NCBI RefSeq assembly: GCF_025526975.1
Contig: NW_026515670.1
Location: 1 to 64,000 of the forward strand
Direction of reading: 5' to 3'
Length of the DNA: 64,000 nucleotides
Origin: Fimicolochytrium jonesii
Taxonomy: Eukaryota
The stretch's first letter is position 1. Each line of letters begins with the position of its first letter. Made by a program: the position numbers and the translations under genes. Of the stretch, positions 1-10,498 are shown piece by piece. The notes under the pieces were generated by a model. The model saw only the letters and a list, made by a program, of their open reading frames with translations. It did not search any database and had not been told where the DNA came from.

Positions 1-58
1 CCCTAAGTCCCTAGGGTTCCAGGCAACCCAAAAATAAAACCCAACCCAGGGGGTCTTG

Positions 59-100
59 TAACCCTAACCCTAACCCTAACCCTAACCCTAACCCTAACCC
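59..100 (+). repeat. Telomere-type tract (TAACCC)x7
   Basis: Seven perfect TAACCC units at 59-100. One CCCTAA and degenerate AACCC motifs lie at 1-47. Confidence 0.95.
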
Positions 101-194
101 TGTCGGCAATCGACCGTCGCGCGCGGCGTCTCCCAGCACGTCCATCGCGTCCTCTTCGGCAACATCTGCCGCATCCAAGACGGAACCGGCTCGC

Positions 195-1478
195 TTGAGA
201 ATAGCCGAACGAGAGCAATGCGTGTCTAGTGACGGTCAAACCGAGGAGGATTTGCTGTTGCGGGTGCGGGCTCTGGGGTTTGAGCTTCGCGATTACGACG
301 CACCGAACAGCCTTGTTGGCGAAGCGGGCTGGGCGCATTTGGTTCGCAACCAGCTGTTCGTCCGGATCCACTACGGTAAACTGTCGCCAGGGGCACAAAC
401 ACTTCTTGGGCCGCTTGTTCTGCCGGAGGCCCATCCCGGCGGTACCCTGGTGGATGCCTCCTCCTTCACTCCGCAGGAGAAGACGACGGTGGGAAAGGCA
501 CTCGAGCGGATGGGATTACCATGGCCAAAGAAGCAGAGGACCGAACCGCTCTTCCAGTTCGTGTTTTTGAACATACTGGAGCATTTCTTTGGGGACGATA
601 TTGGCGTGACGGAGGAAAACAAGGTGCCGTACGCGTGCATGCCAGGGCACAGGCTGTGCATCCCCGACATCGCCGTCAATTGCCGCGGTGCTGCCCTGGA
701 CAGCGGCATAACCTTGGACGGCGAGGAGAAATACGTCCCTGCTACTGCGATCAGGGAGTGTAAGGGGGATATCGACCCTGCGGACGCCGAGCCTCAGTTG
801 GCCATGTACCTGGGAGGTCATGCAGTAGTGCTGATGACTGCCGGTGTGCCCGCCAATCAGGTCCGTGTTGTTGGGTTTGCTTTGGCCAGTTGGCAAGTCG
901 TTTTCGCAGCTGTGACGCTGCGGCCAAACCCCAACAATCCCGCCGCCACACAACTCGTTTACACCCGAGTATTGGACTTCGGCAGATTAGATCTCGAAAG
1001 TCCGTGGCAAGCGAACGCCGTTGCGCGTCTGCTGGTGGGCCTGGCTCGTTCGGGAAAAGAGCTAGACGATAAACTCAAGAAGCATGGTGCATTCTTGTTC
1101 CGTGCCGCGACAAATCATTTCGACAACGATGATGATGGACCGGACGACGGCGAGCACACCTCACCGTTGGCAGAGCCACGGCGTCACCACATTGGCAGTG
1201 ACGCGACTCTGGACGCGACTATCTCTTCGTCGCCCTCTCAGGAGCAGCGGTCGAAGCATGCCGAGGTGTTGGAGTGGGTGGGCAACGTTGGAGTGGCGCT
1301 ACCCGTGCCAAGGTCTCGTATCATACTCGCCCGCAGTCGCACCGATGGCGCTCCGGCGGCACTCTCTGGAGAGAGTGCCGGACAGTCCAACGCACACGAC
1401 AGTCCAATGCACTTTTCCAGAAGTCGCCGGCCTGCCCGCACACCTGAAGAAGTACGGAAATTGATGGCAGGTCGTTGA
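195..1478 (+). CDS. PD-(D/E)XK restriction-endonuclease-like protein (resembles CR/Crinkler REase-type domains); 5' end uncertain
   Basis: Motif order IPDIAV...IRECKG...EPQLAMYL fits PD-(D/E)XK with the QxxxY helix. The frame is open from nt 15 through the telomeric tract, with no in-frame ATG until ~510. Confidence 0.6.
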   Translation: MRIAEREQCVSSDGQTEEDLLLRVRALGFELRDYDAPNSLVGEAGWAHLVRNQLFVRIHYGKLSPGAQTLLGPLVLPEAHPGGTLVDASSFTPQEKTTVGKALERMGLPWPKKQRTEPLFQFVFLNILEHFFGDDIGVTEENKVPYACMPGHRLCIPDIAVNCRGAALDSGITLDGEEKYVPATAIRECKGDIDPADAEPQLAMYLGGHAVVLMTAGVPANQVRVVGFALASWQVVFAAVTLRPNPNNPAATQLVYTRVLDFGRLDLESPWQANAVARLLVGLARSGKELDDKLKKHGAFLFRAATNHFDNDDDGPDDGEHTSPLAEPRRHHIGSDATLDATISSSPSQEQRSKHAEVLEWVGNVGVALPVPRSRIILARSRTDGAPAALSGESAGQSNAHDSPMHFSRSRRPARTPEEVRKLMAGR

Positions 1479-1638
1479 CTTTTCCGGATATCTGGCCACC
1501 GTACACTGTAGCTTTGTTGTTCTTAGAAATTAAAAAAGGTGCGTTGGACTGTCCGGCACTCTCTCCAGAGAGTGCCCGGCTTCACGCAGCGCGGGAAGTA
1601 CCGGGTTGAGTATGATACGAGACCTTTGGCACGGGTAG
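1299..1638. repeat. Two-block inverted repeat between the ORF 3' region and its downstream flank
   Basis: 1358-1395 is the exact reverse complement of 1539-1576 (38 bp). 1299-1328 matches the reverse complement of 1608-1638 with one indel. Confidence 0.9.
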
Positions 1639-1765
1639 ACTAACTCCAGCAATTCCCATAATTCGTGTATGTACACCCCCAATCACGTTCGTTGCAAGAG
1701 ATTCGATATTCGCACTCACCGATCAAGCTTCTATTCGCACTCATACTCTAATTGTAAGTGCCCCA

Positions 1766-1794
1766 GTTAGGGTTAGGGTTAGGATTAGGGTTAG
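1766..1794 (+). repeat. Telomere-type tract (TTAGGG)~4.5, opposite orientation to 59-100
   Basis: G-TTAGGG-TTAGGG-TTAGGA-TTAGGG-TTAG. Confidence 0.9.
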
Positions 1795-2066
1795 TAACAC
1801 CCAGCCCTACCGGCCTTCGGTTTGGGGTTTGAGGGGATGTTGAAGCGATACATCCCACATCTATATGCAACATGTTATCATACACATGTAACATATAATC
1901 TCTTCACAAAAAAGTGTCCTACGCCAGCGTGTTCTATATCTTCATTGTCCATCTATGTAAAAGGAAACTGAACGTTCATCAGAGTCTACGTCCTCAATCT
2001 AAGGGCCGGTGTGCAACCCATTTGCAGCCCGCTTGGTACCCTCCAAAAACCAACATGGTCATTTCA

Positions 2067-3915
2067 TCACACCTTCCCCGCCAATGCATGATCCGTATCC
2101 GGCAGAAACACGCTAACGACCGCACAAACGATGAGGAACCCGCAGGACGTCCAGAGACAGACCCAGATCCCGCCTTGGTATTGGAAGAGCCAGCCGGAGA
2201 GAAGGGTGCCGACGAGGCGGCCCATCGCGTTTGCGCAGTCTATGAAATGGAGGGATTGGTGAGCTGAGGTTACGCAAAACATCAGAAGCTGAGGGAGATA
2301 CCCGTAACTTACAATAAAACCCAACATTAATAGCAACCTTATCCTTCCCCGCATACGCGACAATCAAATACGAATGCATCGATGAGTTCACCGCAAAAAA
2401 GAAGGCAAACACGATCAAGAAGGCCGCTAATCCTATCAGCATGCCAGTGGAGCCTTCGCCGTAGGGTGTGTCGCGGAAGGCGGTGAGGAAGGACGCGAGG
2501 CCGATGGTTATGGTCAGCAGGGCAGCTGTCCAGGGGACTAGGAGTTTGCCTCTGATGTGAGGAAAACAAGTGTAAGAATGTCGGTTCCAGGGGCCTTCAC
2601 CAAAGGAAATTCACGAACCTGCGTAATGGATAACACTTTAAAGGTTTCAGGATATATTCCGGCGTCGCCGTCTGGACCGCTCCATAAATCACGATCCAGA
2701 CCGCCAAAAAGGCACCGGACGCCGTGAAGCTCCAATTGAACATGGCCCGAAGGTAGATAGGTAACACCACCTCGAACCATAAGTCCCTACTCCCGAAAAG
2801 GAACATGCGGGCTAAGGAAAGCATGTTGACTGCGTACCCCTTGTCGAAGATTTTACGCAATGTTAGGCGTCCGGCTGTTTTCGAGCGGCCCAGGTCGTGA
2901 TCGAGGCGGAGGCAGCCCGGGATGACCAGGAGGCAGAAGATGGCCAGAACCAGTAAGGACGGCCATACACCTGCGTAGTTGAGTAGCGCAGCGCCTGCGA
3001 AGAATCCAAGACCCTTAATGGAGTTCTTAGCCCCTGTGAGCCAAGCGACGAGGCGGAACAAGGGCGAATGGGCAGCTGCTGCTCTTGTGTTTTCATCTTC
3101 GCTCTTCGTGACGAGTTTCGTGACGGATTTGCCAGCCAATTTGACCAAATCCTTAGCTACGCCCGCAAAGCATTGGGCGAATATGACGTAGCCTATAACT
3201 GCCCCGCGCGACCAGCCGTCTTCGTCGGCTCGGAGTAACGCGAAGAGAAGGCTGATTCCGACCAGTTGACAGGCCAAACCGCCCAGAATGCATAGTCTCA
3301 GTCCCCAGCGCGAGCCCATAATGCCGCCAAAGAGATTGGTGACTACGCCTAGTGCCTCATAAGAGGTAAACATCAGGGCTATTTCGAAGGGCTGCAATGG
3401 TTCTGATGTCAGGAAACGGTCCATATTTGCGCCCGGGCAAGCGACCATAGTCAAACCAACCTGATAACGCCTCTGGTATAGCCCGAACAGTACAATCATC
3501 CGCAACGCAGCGTCCGTAAAGGTGAATATCAGGTATCCGCTTGCACTGCGGGTGTGCATTCCGTCAGCCTTTTAGCCCAAACCCCGCTCTATCCTCCACG
3601 AAGCATCCCTTCCTATGTCTCACCCAATTCTCACATAATATAGAAGTTCCGCATAGGTGCCGGCATGGAAGCTGGTGGGGCTCCGCTTGCCCGCTCGTGC
3701 GGCTCCAGCTCCACCGCCACAATGCCCGCCTCGGTTTCATTTCCAGATATTGTTCCGTGGCTGCCGTTAAGCTCTACGTGCAGGTGAGAGGCAGTGAGAA
3801 AAAGTGAAACAAAGACAAAACAAAAGAACACGCAGTGAACTGCCCATTGGAGTAACCAACCTTGCGAAGACGAGGCCGCTGCGCCTACGTGCAGAGTGTC
3901 GTGCGTGACAGCCAT
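2067..3915 (-). CDS. arsJ: ArsJ-like MFS transporter (organoarsenical efflux permease family), multi-exon
   Basis: FTFTDAALRMIV, YEALGVVTNLFGG, AQCFAGVAKDLVKLAGKS, LTGAKNSIKGLGFF, ARMFLFGSRDLWFEV, FAVNSSMHSYLI and ANAMGRLVGTLLSGW match the bacterial ArsJ consensus as recalled. In-phase introns at 3860-3774 and 3634-3546, plus further introns. The 3' end is approximate. Confidence 0.8.
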
Positions 3916-4724
3916 GGGGCTGTTGAAGCTGTCCTATCTATGTCCGACTGCGAATTGTCGAACGTCGGGGAAGGTAAGTACTGGAAGTTCCATGGGCAGG
4001 GAAGGGGCAGCGAAGGAACGAAGGAGGGGAGCGCTGATGAAATCATCAAGTTCATCCAAGCGTGTTCTCCAGTGGTGACTTGCCCATTTCGACAGCGCGT
4101 AACTAGCAGCATGGCCGTGAACAATCTGCCTGGTTCCCTCTCCATAGGAATGCCCTGAGGAATGCCCTGAAAACGGCTCAGGCACAGGACCATGATTATA
4201 TAGCCCCCAGTCCTGATGGAAGTCCATGTCGACCTGATGGAAGTCCTTGCAGGTAGTCTCCCAGTAAACACGTCGCTTTCCGAGCGCTTTATGAGCTTTT
4301 GGATCGTACTGCATTGTTCCACTCCTCAACGTTTCCACGGCTAACAGGGTGATGAAGCCCTAACCATGGCACAAGGTTACGCATCAAGCGTTGATGCGAA
4401 ATTGACAGCGCTGGGCGACCGGCCCCAGACTCGCCGGCCCCCCGTCAACCACATGCGTATGACTTGCGTACAGCTTCTGTGAGGCGGTGGTGGCCGGTGA
4501 CTTCTGCTCTCTTGGAAGCCGTCAGGAAAGATTTCATAGCGCGTTGAACCTAAGTTTTGTCTGCTACCTTACCTCGCCTGTACCTTACTGCCCTAGCCGT
4601 AAGACAAACTGTGGGAGACATGAATGGTAGGCTGGTAGCCTGCATTATTCGCTTAGAAAAGGATGTTCATACGGAGGAAGAAGTTTCTGGAAGTCCCCGA
4701 AATCCCGAAGAAGTTTCTGAAAAT

Positions 4725-4740
4725 CCCCCCCCCCCCCCCC
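4725..4740. repeat. poly-C (16 nt)
   Basis: Direct read; lies in the divergent intergenic region. Confidence 0.9.
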
Positions 4741-5000
4741 ACCATCGCACGAAACTCGGTTGTGGGAACATCGGTTGCAGAGATATCTCGATCGATCAAC
4801 CCAGAACTTGATTGTACGAGGAGTCGAATGGCTCCCTTGCTGAGGGAATGTGGATACCACGTGTTTATTGAGCTTCAGCGGTCAACCTGGGCTTGGTCGT
4901 GGAAGTTTGGAATAGCAGTAGAAGCATCGGACCATATGCGGATAGGGAATACCTACCCGTGTCGTTAGAGCGTTGAAGCCGGTGATGGGTTCGAGATCAG

Positions 5001-5008
5001 TATAAAAA
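5001..5008 (+). promoter_or_regulatory. TATA box
   Basis: TATAAAAA 70 nt upstream of the ATG at 5071. Confidence 0.55.
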
Positions 5009-5070
5009 GCGGACAGAGGCCGATCGGATCTCCGCCTTCACTAGCTCCCCGAAAACTCAATCCTCCAACC

Positions 5071-6172
5071 ATGTCCTCCACCACCAACTCCACTCACCAG
5101 CTCCGCCTCGTTCTTGAACAGAATGGTCTGATCAACCTATTCGCCGTATCTTTTGCGTTCCTGCTATTCATCCGCAACCGCCGTGGCTTCCATGAGCGGC
5201 TCCTGCTCGCAACGTCCCTTGCCTCTTTTGTTGCTGACTGCTTGCTCGTTTTCACGAGCGTGCCGTATGAGGAGGTTATGGAGAGGTTGCCAAGTATCCG
5301 GGTAAGGACTTTCACCTTCATTTGGTTTGAATATCCTTATGTCCGTATATTCAAAGCCATATTCACTCCACCCCGTGCAGGTGATGACATTCATAGAAGT
5401 CATCGGTTGGTCCATCCGCGAGCTCGGCCTGACCCTCTACACCAACAAAATCGTCTCCGTTCTCGACGTCCGCAACGCGCAAACCCTCTACCACCGCGTC
5501 TTCCGTGGCCTCCTCGGCTTGCTGATCACCTGGCGTCTGATTGACATGTGCCTTCGAACAGCCGACCCGACGGCGATGAATACTCCAGGCAAGGTGGTCA
5601 AGACGGTCGACCCGATATATCTGGGGATGCTGTCGGTATTAGAATTGTGGTCGGCGGCATTCTTGATGCGGTTGACGATTGCTCATATGAGGGAGACGGA
5701 TGCGAGTACGAATGTGAATGTGTTTTCGAAGCGAATTTTGTCGACGGGGGTGTTTAGAGTTGTGGCTACCAATCTGTGAGTGGCATATTTCGATGCTAAG
5801 ATCATCCTATGATGCGTGAACTACGTTTTTCCTACCAGGTTCCCCGCCATCCGCCTGATAATGAACCAAACCATCAGCTCCTCCTTTAACTACGGCGCGG
5901 ACGCCAGCTCGATAATCTACTACCTGCAAGTGTCGATGAACCTGATGTACCTGATTGATCTCGTGATGGTCAAAATGGACTCGGAGTCCATTTTCCGGCC
6001 ACCGCGAACGCAGGTGTCGAGTGGGAATCAGATGCGTACGGCTGCGGGATCGGTCAAGAAGGGGGATCGGTCGGATGTGAAGAATGTGGGGAAGACGGAA
6101 ATTGGGAGTGGGGAGAAGGGGGTGAGAGTGGCGGTTGTTACTGCTAGGTTGGGTGCGTCGGAGATTGTATGA
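5071..6172 (+). CDS. Multi-pass (about 7 TM) membrane protein of unknown function, 3 exons
   Basis: Exons 5071-5301, 5381-5775 and 5839-6172 join in phase through GT-AG introns. Several hydrophobic segments are followed by a polar C-terminal tail. Confidence 0.75.
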
Positions 6173-6469
6173 ACCCAACGCTGTGCTTCAACTCCATTCC
6201 CTTTGGTCAATGCTCTACGAATGTTCCATGCGAACTGACAGTATCCGACAGCGCGCCGAAAGAGCCGCCTGTCAGTGGACTTTTGTGGAGATGAACTGAT
6301 TTTGTGCGTGCTCTCCAATATACGACTATACGACTATCCGACCCCCAGCTGTTGTGGAGACGCATTGCTCTTTTGGCAAGGGATGTGAAGTTTGCTCCAG
6401 AACCAGTAATCTTTCTTCGCGAAATAGCAACCACCTAAAGCCGCAAGCAGACGAATCTCTCACACCAAA

Positions 6470-7385
6470 ATGCCATCCAAAGAGCCTATTCCGCCGCACC
6501 AAACCGGCGTCGAGTGTCCCTCCTCCTCCGCTGAGGTCCCACAAGAAACCCGCGGCTCACCCTCCTTCCCCGACGCAGACATCGAGATCCAAATCGGCAG
6601 CACCGTCTTCGCCGTGCACAAAATCTACCTCTCTCACAACTCAAAGTACTTCCAAAGCATGCTCAACGGGCCGTGGAAGAGCGTGCAGGTTGCTGAGAGC
6701 GGTTTGCCGCGACTAACACTTGAGGAACCTGTCACCCTGGAATGCTTTGCGTGGTTCCTCAACGCTATATACTATCCGTATAAGCACGGGATTGGCTGTA
6801 CGGAGGATCTTCGGTGGTTATTCAAGCTTTTTGAGCTTTGCGATTATTTGCTTGCGGAGGATCTGTCCAAAGAGGTGGTTCGACGCATCAAAGCCAGACG
6901 CATGGCAGTTCATATTACCTTCGAGAATGTCCGTGTCCTGCTGAAAAAGGCTGATGACATAAGATACAAGGACGCGGATTTGAGGGAGAAGTGTCGGGAG
7001 TTTCTGTTGATGAACCTTCGAGGAAGTAGGTGCAAGCTCCTGTTCACACCCAACAAGCTGGAACCTTATAAAATCATGCATTTCAAACAGCGGCGCGGAT
7101 TCCCGGAATCCATCCTTACCCATCAACCCATCAAAGGTGCTGCAGGACAACATGGCTGAGGCCGCGTACCTAGCCGAGCAACACGGCTTCCAAGACCTTC
7201 TGACGACGGAGATGCTCGGATCTTTGCAGAGGCCTCTTGGTCAATTCCTGAGGGAGTTCGCATTGCAGGCGCTTCAAGTTAATCCTTATTACCAGCGGTT
7301 GTCAACAGACTCGCAGATGCTGCTCGTTGCAAAGTGGGGCCCGAAAAGTCGGGATCGTCGGTTTACGTGCGATACGGTTGAGTAG
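6470..7385 (+). CDS. BTB/POZ domain protein (probably one intron near 7030-7145)
   Basis: FPDADIEIQIGSTVFAVHKIYLSHNSKYFQSML...FLNAIYYP...ELCDYLL is a BTB signature. Confidence 0.8.
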
Positions 7386-7739
7386 GGGTTATTGTGGGTG
7401 GAATCGACGTACTAGCATAGTGAGATCCTTTTGCAGATGTAGGAAATGAGAACACGGTGTAAAGTAGGAATCAAGGGAGCAGAGGGGTGTCGCTCGTTTA
7501 TGTGGAGGATGAACCGGTTGATTTTGGAGAAGTTTTCGAGCCGTGGAATCTTCAGCGAAGAAAGGGCTTACAATGGAGTCTGTATTTCCCAGATGAAACA
7601 ACTTGGTGGTGCTATCTTGATCAATGTTCTATACGAATGTCAATGAACATCCTACGAGAATATGTGCTGCTGCCACCGGCTCCACCCCGCAAGAGAAGTT
7701 GGTCTGTCATCTGTCAGGTCATCACCAGATACAGTCAAT

Positions 7740-9927
7740 TCAGACAATGTTCCTCCTCCTCTTCTCATCCCCGTTCCTCGATTTGCCAGCCTCCGGAGCA
7801 TCCGAGCGCGAAGGCGAGTCGTCAATCGGCACGCTCACCAAATCATCAGGACCTGCAACCTGCTGTCCCTTAACCACAGCCTGCTCCGCGTCGGCCGTCG
7901 CCGCCGTAGTCTCATCGTGCTCAACGGCCGCTCTGACCGGAGCTGCCGGGACAGCCGCAACGAGCGCCGGCATGGAAAGGGTACTAGCAGCCGCCCTGCC
8001 CTTTCTTGCGGCCGCACCGCGTTTGTAGAACATGGCGCCGCCGACAATGACGGCCCCGAGCGCAACACCTCCAACGGCAATACCCGCTGTGGCCGGGACT
8101 GCCAGCTTAGTGGTTTCAACGGTTGTGGTAGTTCCGCCGCCGCTGCCGAGGCCGGATAACACGTTTCCGGCTCCGGGGATGTCACCCGCTGCGATGGTAG
8201 TTGTGCCGGCACCCGTGACCGTAGTCGTCGCTAAGGCAATTGTGCTCGTAATGGTCTGTGTGAGTGAGACTGTAGAGGGCGAAAGCGTGCTAGTGACCGT
8301 GACAGTCGAGGGCGGTACGGTGCTAATAATGGTCTTTGTAATTGTGGACGGCGGAACGGTGCTAGTGCTCACCTCTGTCTTTGTAATTGTGGACGGCGGA
8401 ACGGTGCTAGTGCTCACCTCCGTGACTGTGGTAACGGTCAATTCCGTGACAGTTACCGGCGGGATGGTGGTCGTAGTTGAATCCGTAACCGAGACCGTCG
8501 AGGGCGGTGCTGTGGTCGTGGTGGTGTCCGTAACCGAGACCGTCGAGGGCGGAGCTGTGGTCGTGGTGGTGTCTGTAACAGAGACCGTCGAGGGCGGAGC
8601 TGTGGTCGTGGTGGTGTCCGTGACCCAAATACTAGATGGCGGAAGGGTGCTCGTGGTGGTCTGCGTAACCGAAACCGTAGACGGCGGAATAGTGCTCGTA
8701 GTGGTCTGCGTAACCGACCGGGTAGTTGTGGTTGTGCTGACCACCGTAACCGAGATCGTGGACGGGTACGCCGTGCTCGAAACGGTGGAAGTGTACGGAG
8801 TGGTCCCGTTGGCCGCGTCAAAGAACTTCCAAATTCTCGTGTCGAGGCCGAAAAGAGCAGGGCCCGACGATTGCGACACGGGCGATCTGTTATCACGCAG
8901 ATGGCCGCTGATGTAGACGATCGGGCCGATGGCGGCGCATGACCATTGGTCCAGTCGCGGGAAGAAGGCCTGGTCCGATACCGAGGGTGTCAGGTTTGTC
9001 CATGAGGAGCCTGACGGCGTGTCCAGCATATACAGGTCGTCGTAAAAAATCGATGATCCATATCTGCCGCCGAAGTAAATCAAGCTGCTCCCAACTGATA
9101 TGGCGCTCGTCAAGATACAGGCTAGACGGTACAATTTTCAAAGGAACAATCTTCTTACCACTGGTCAAGCAGCCACCTTCGCGAGCAGATGGAGCCCCAG
9201 GCAGGTTTCTGGACTGCCAACTCGCTCCCTCCGGTGACGCGGTCCATCTTTGCAAGCTGTTGGTGAAGGTGTCGAGAAAACCCCCGAAGTGATACTAAGA
9301 GAGCACCCCGTTAAGATACAGGCCAGACGGTACCTTCATCAGAAGTATACCCATCTCACCATATCATTGCCAACCAGTGCTCCCGGCGAGCGATTGACTT
9401 CATACAGGAACGACGGCAGCCGAGTCCACGCTCCGCTTGACGGAGTGTACTTCCAAAAGTCGCTGAGTTTCCTGTTGTTACCTAGGTAGTTGTAACCGCC
9501 ACCATAGTATAGCGTTGAACTGGTGCCGACCATGGTCGGGTAGAGCACTGCCGTCGGCGCTCCGCTCATAGACGTCCAGGTGCCGCTGACGAGATCATAC
9601 CTCCACCTGAAATGCAATCAGTTTCGGCCTATATTCGCAGCATCGAAGCGGACAATTACTGTACCATCCACGAGTATTCAGCGCGGCAACGACATAAAGT
9701 GCGTCGCCTGCCACGACCGCTGTGGCCGCGTCATGATTCTCACCCGTGAATGGCGCATTACCGTTGGGACTCAGGACGTTCCAGCTGCGGGCAGCGGGAT
9801 CGAAGAGCCAAACCGAATTGGTATTGGCGCCATTATCCACGACGCCCTTTGCGCCGTACAGAACGACCTTGCCGTTCCATACGCTAATTTCGACCGAACC
9901 GAATTGGAGAGGCTCCGTTGTGGCCAT
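7740..9927 (-). CDS. Kelch-repeat, Thr/Ser-rich mucin-like stalk, single-TM surface protein, multi-exon; start uncertain
   Basis: Kelch-like blades (LYYGGG...DFWKY...W; IYFGG...DDLYMLD...W), PPSTVSVTDTTTTTA repeats, and TM AGIAVGGVALGAVIVGGAMF followed by YKR. Confidence 0.75.
8270..8720. repeat. 45-bp coding tandem repeats (15-aa Thr-rich units)
   Basis: Near-identical units start at 8485, 8530 and 8575. A second unit type starts at 8332 and 8377. Confidence 0.9.
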
Positions 9928-10498
9928 CTTCCGATAAACTGCGGGATTGCCGAGGAGGAGGAAGACGCTGAAATCTCTCTCCACGGAAGCTATAAGGAGA
10001 GATACAACTTGCAGCGGCGAAATGAACTACTCGTTTTATTTATACAACGCAAACATAGGAGGCGCTCAGCCAAGGACATTTGGAGTAGGGATCAATGGCT
10101 TTGAACGATGAAGTTGAAAGATGATGTTGCTGGGAATGCATTAATATTAACCATAAGGGTTTTAGGTCGATATGAAGGGGTTTAGGTCGAGTTTATCGCG
10201 GCCTTTGTTGTGTCTGTCAATGCACAAGCCAATGCCGTCAGACGCGCTGTCGATTTTCTTCGATGACTCATGGCTTTTCGAATCATGGAACAGGCTGTCG
10301 ATTTTTTGACCTTTCCCCACACTTTTGCGGCAGTCGGGTTGCCTTCTCCTCTGCCCGCTGAAGCTAGTCCTAGGTGCAGGTATCCAGCTTACAAACACCC
10401 AGGTTGCCCGTATTCCCGACATATTTCAGCGAGCCCAGAACATGAGCATGGTCGGTAGCTCTCGCCGGAGTGGAACACGCGAAAAACACCCCCCAACC

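Noticed and set aside
1..100. Functional chromosome end
   Set aside because: Only seven units, with non-telomeric sequence distal to them; it cannot be called a terminal telomere from this window.
3..434. Minus-strand ORF with RVRVRV
   Set aside because: Translation of the telomeric repeat, antisense to the nuclease ORF.
8270..8720. CRISPR-like array
   Set aside because: In-frame coding repeats with no unique spacers and no cas genes.
8032..8916. 294-aa Val-rich plus-strand ORF (likewise 50947-52462 minus and 61970-63040 plus)
   Set aside because: Antisense shadows of repeat-rich real genes.
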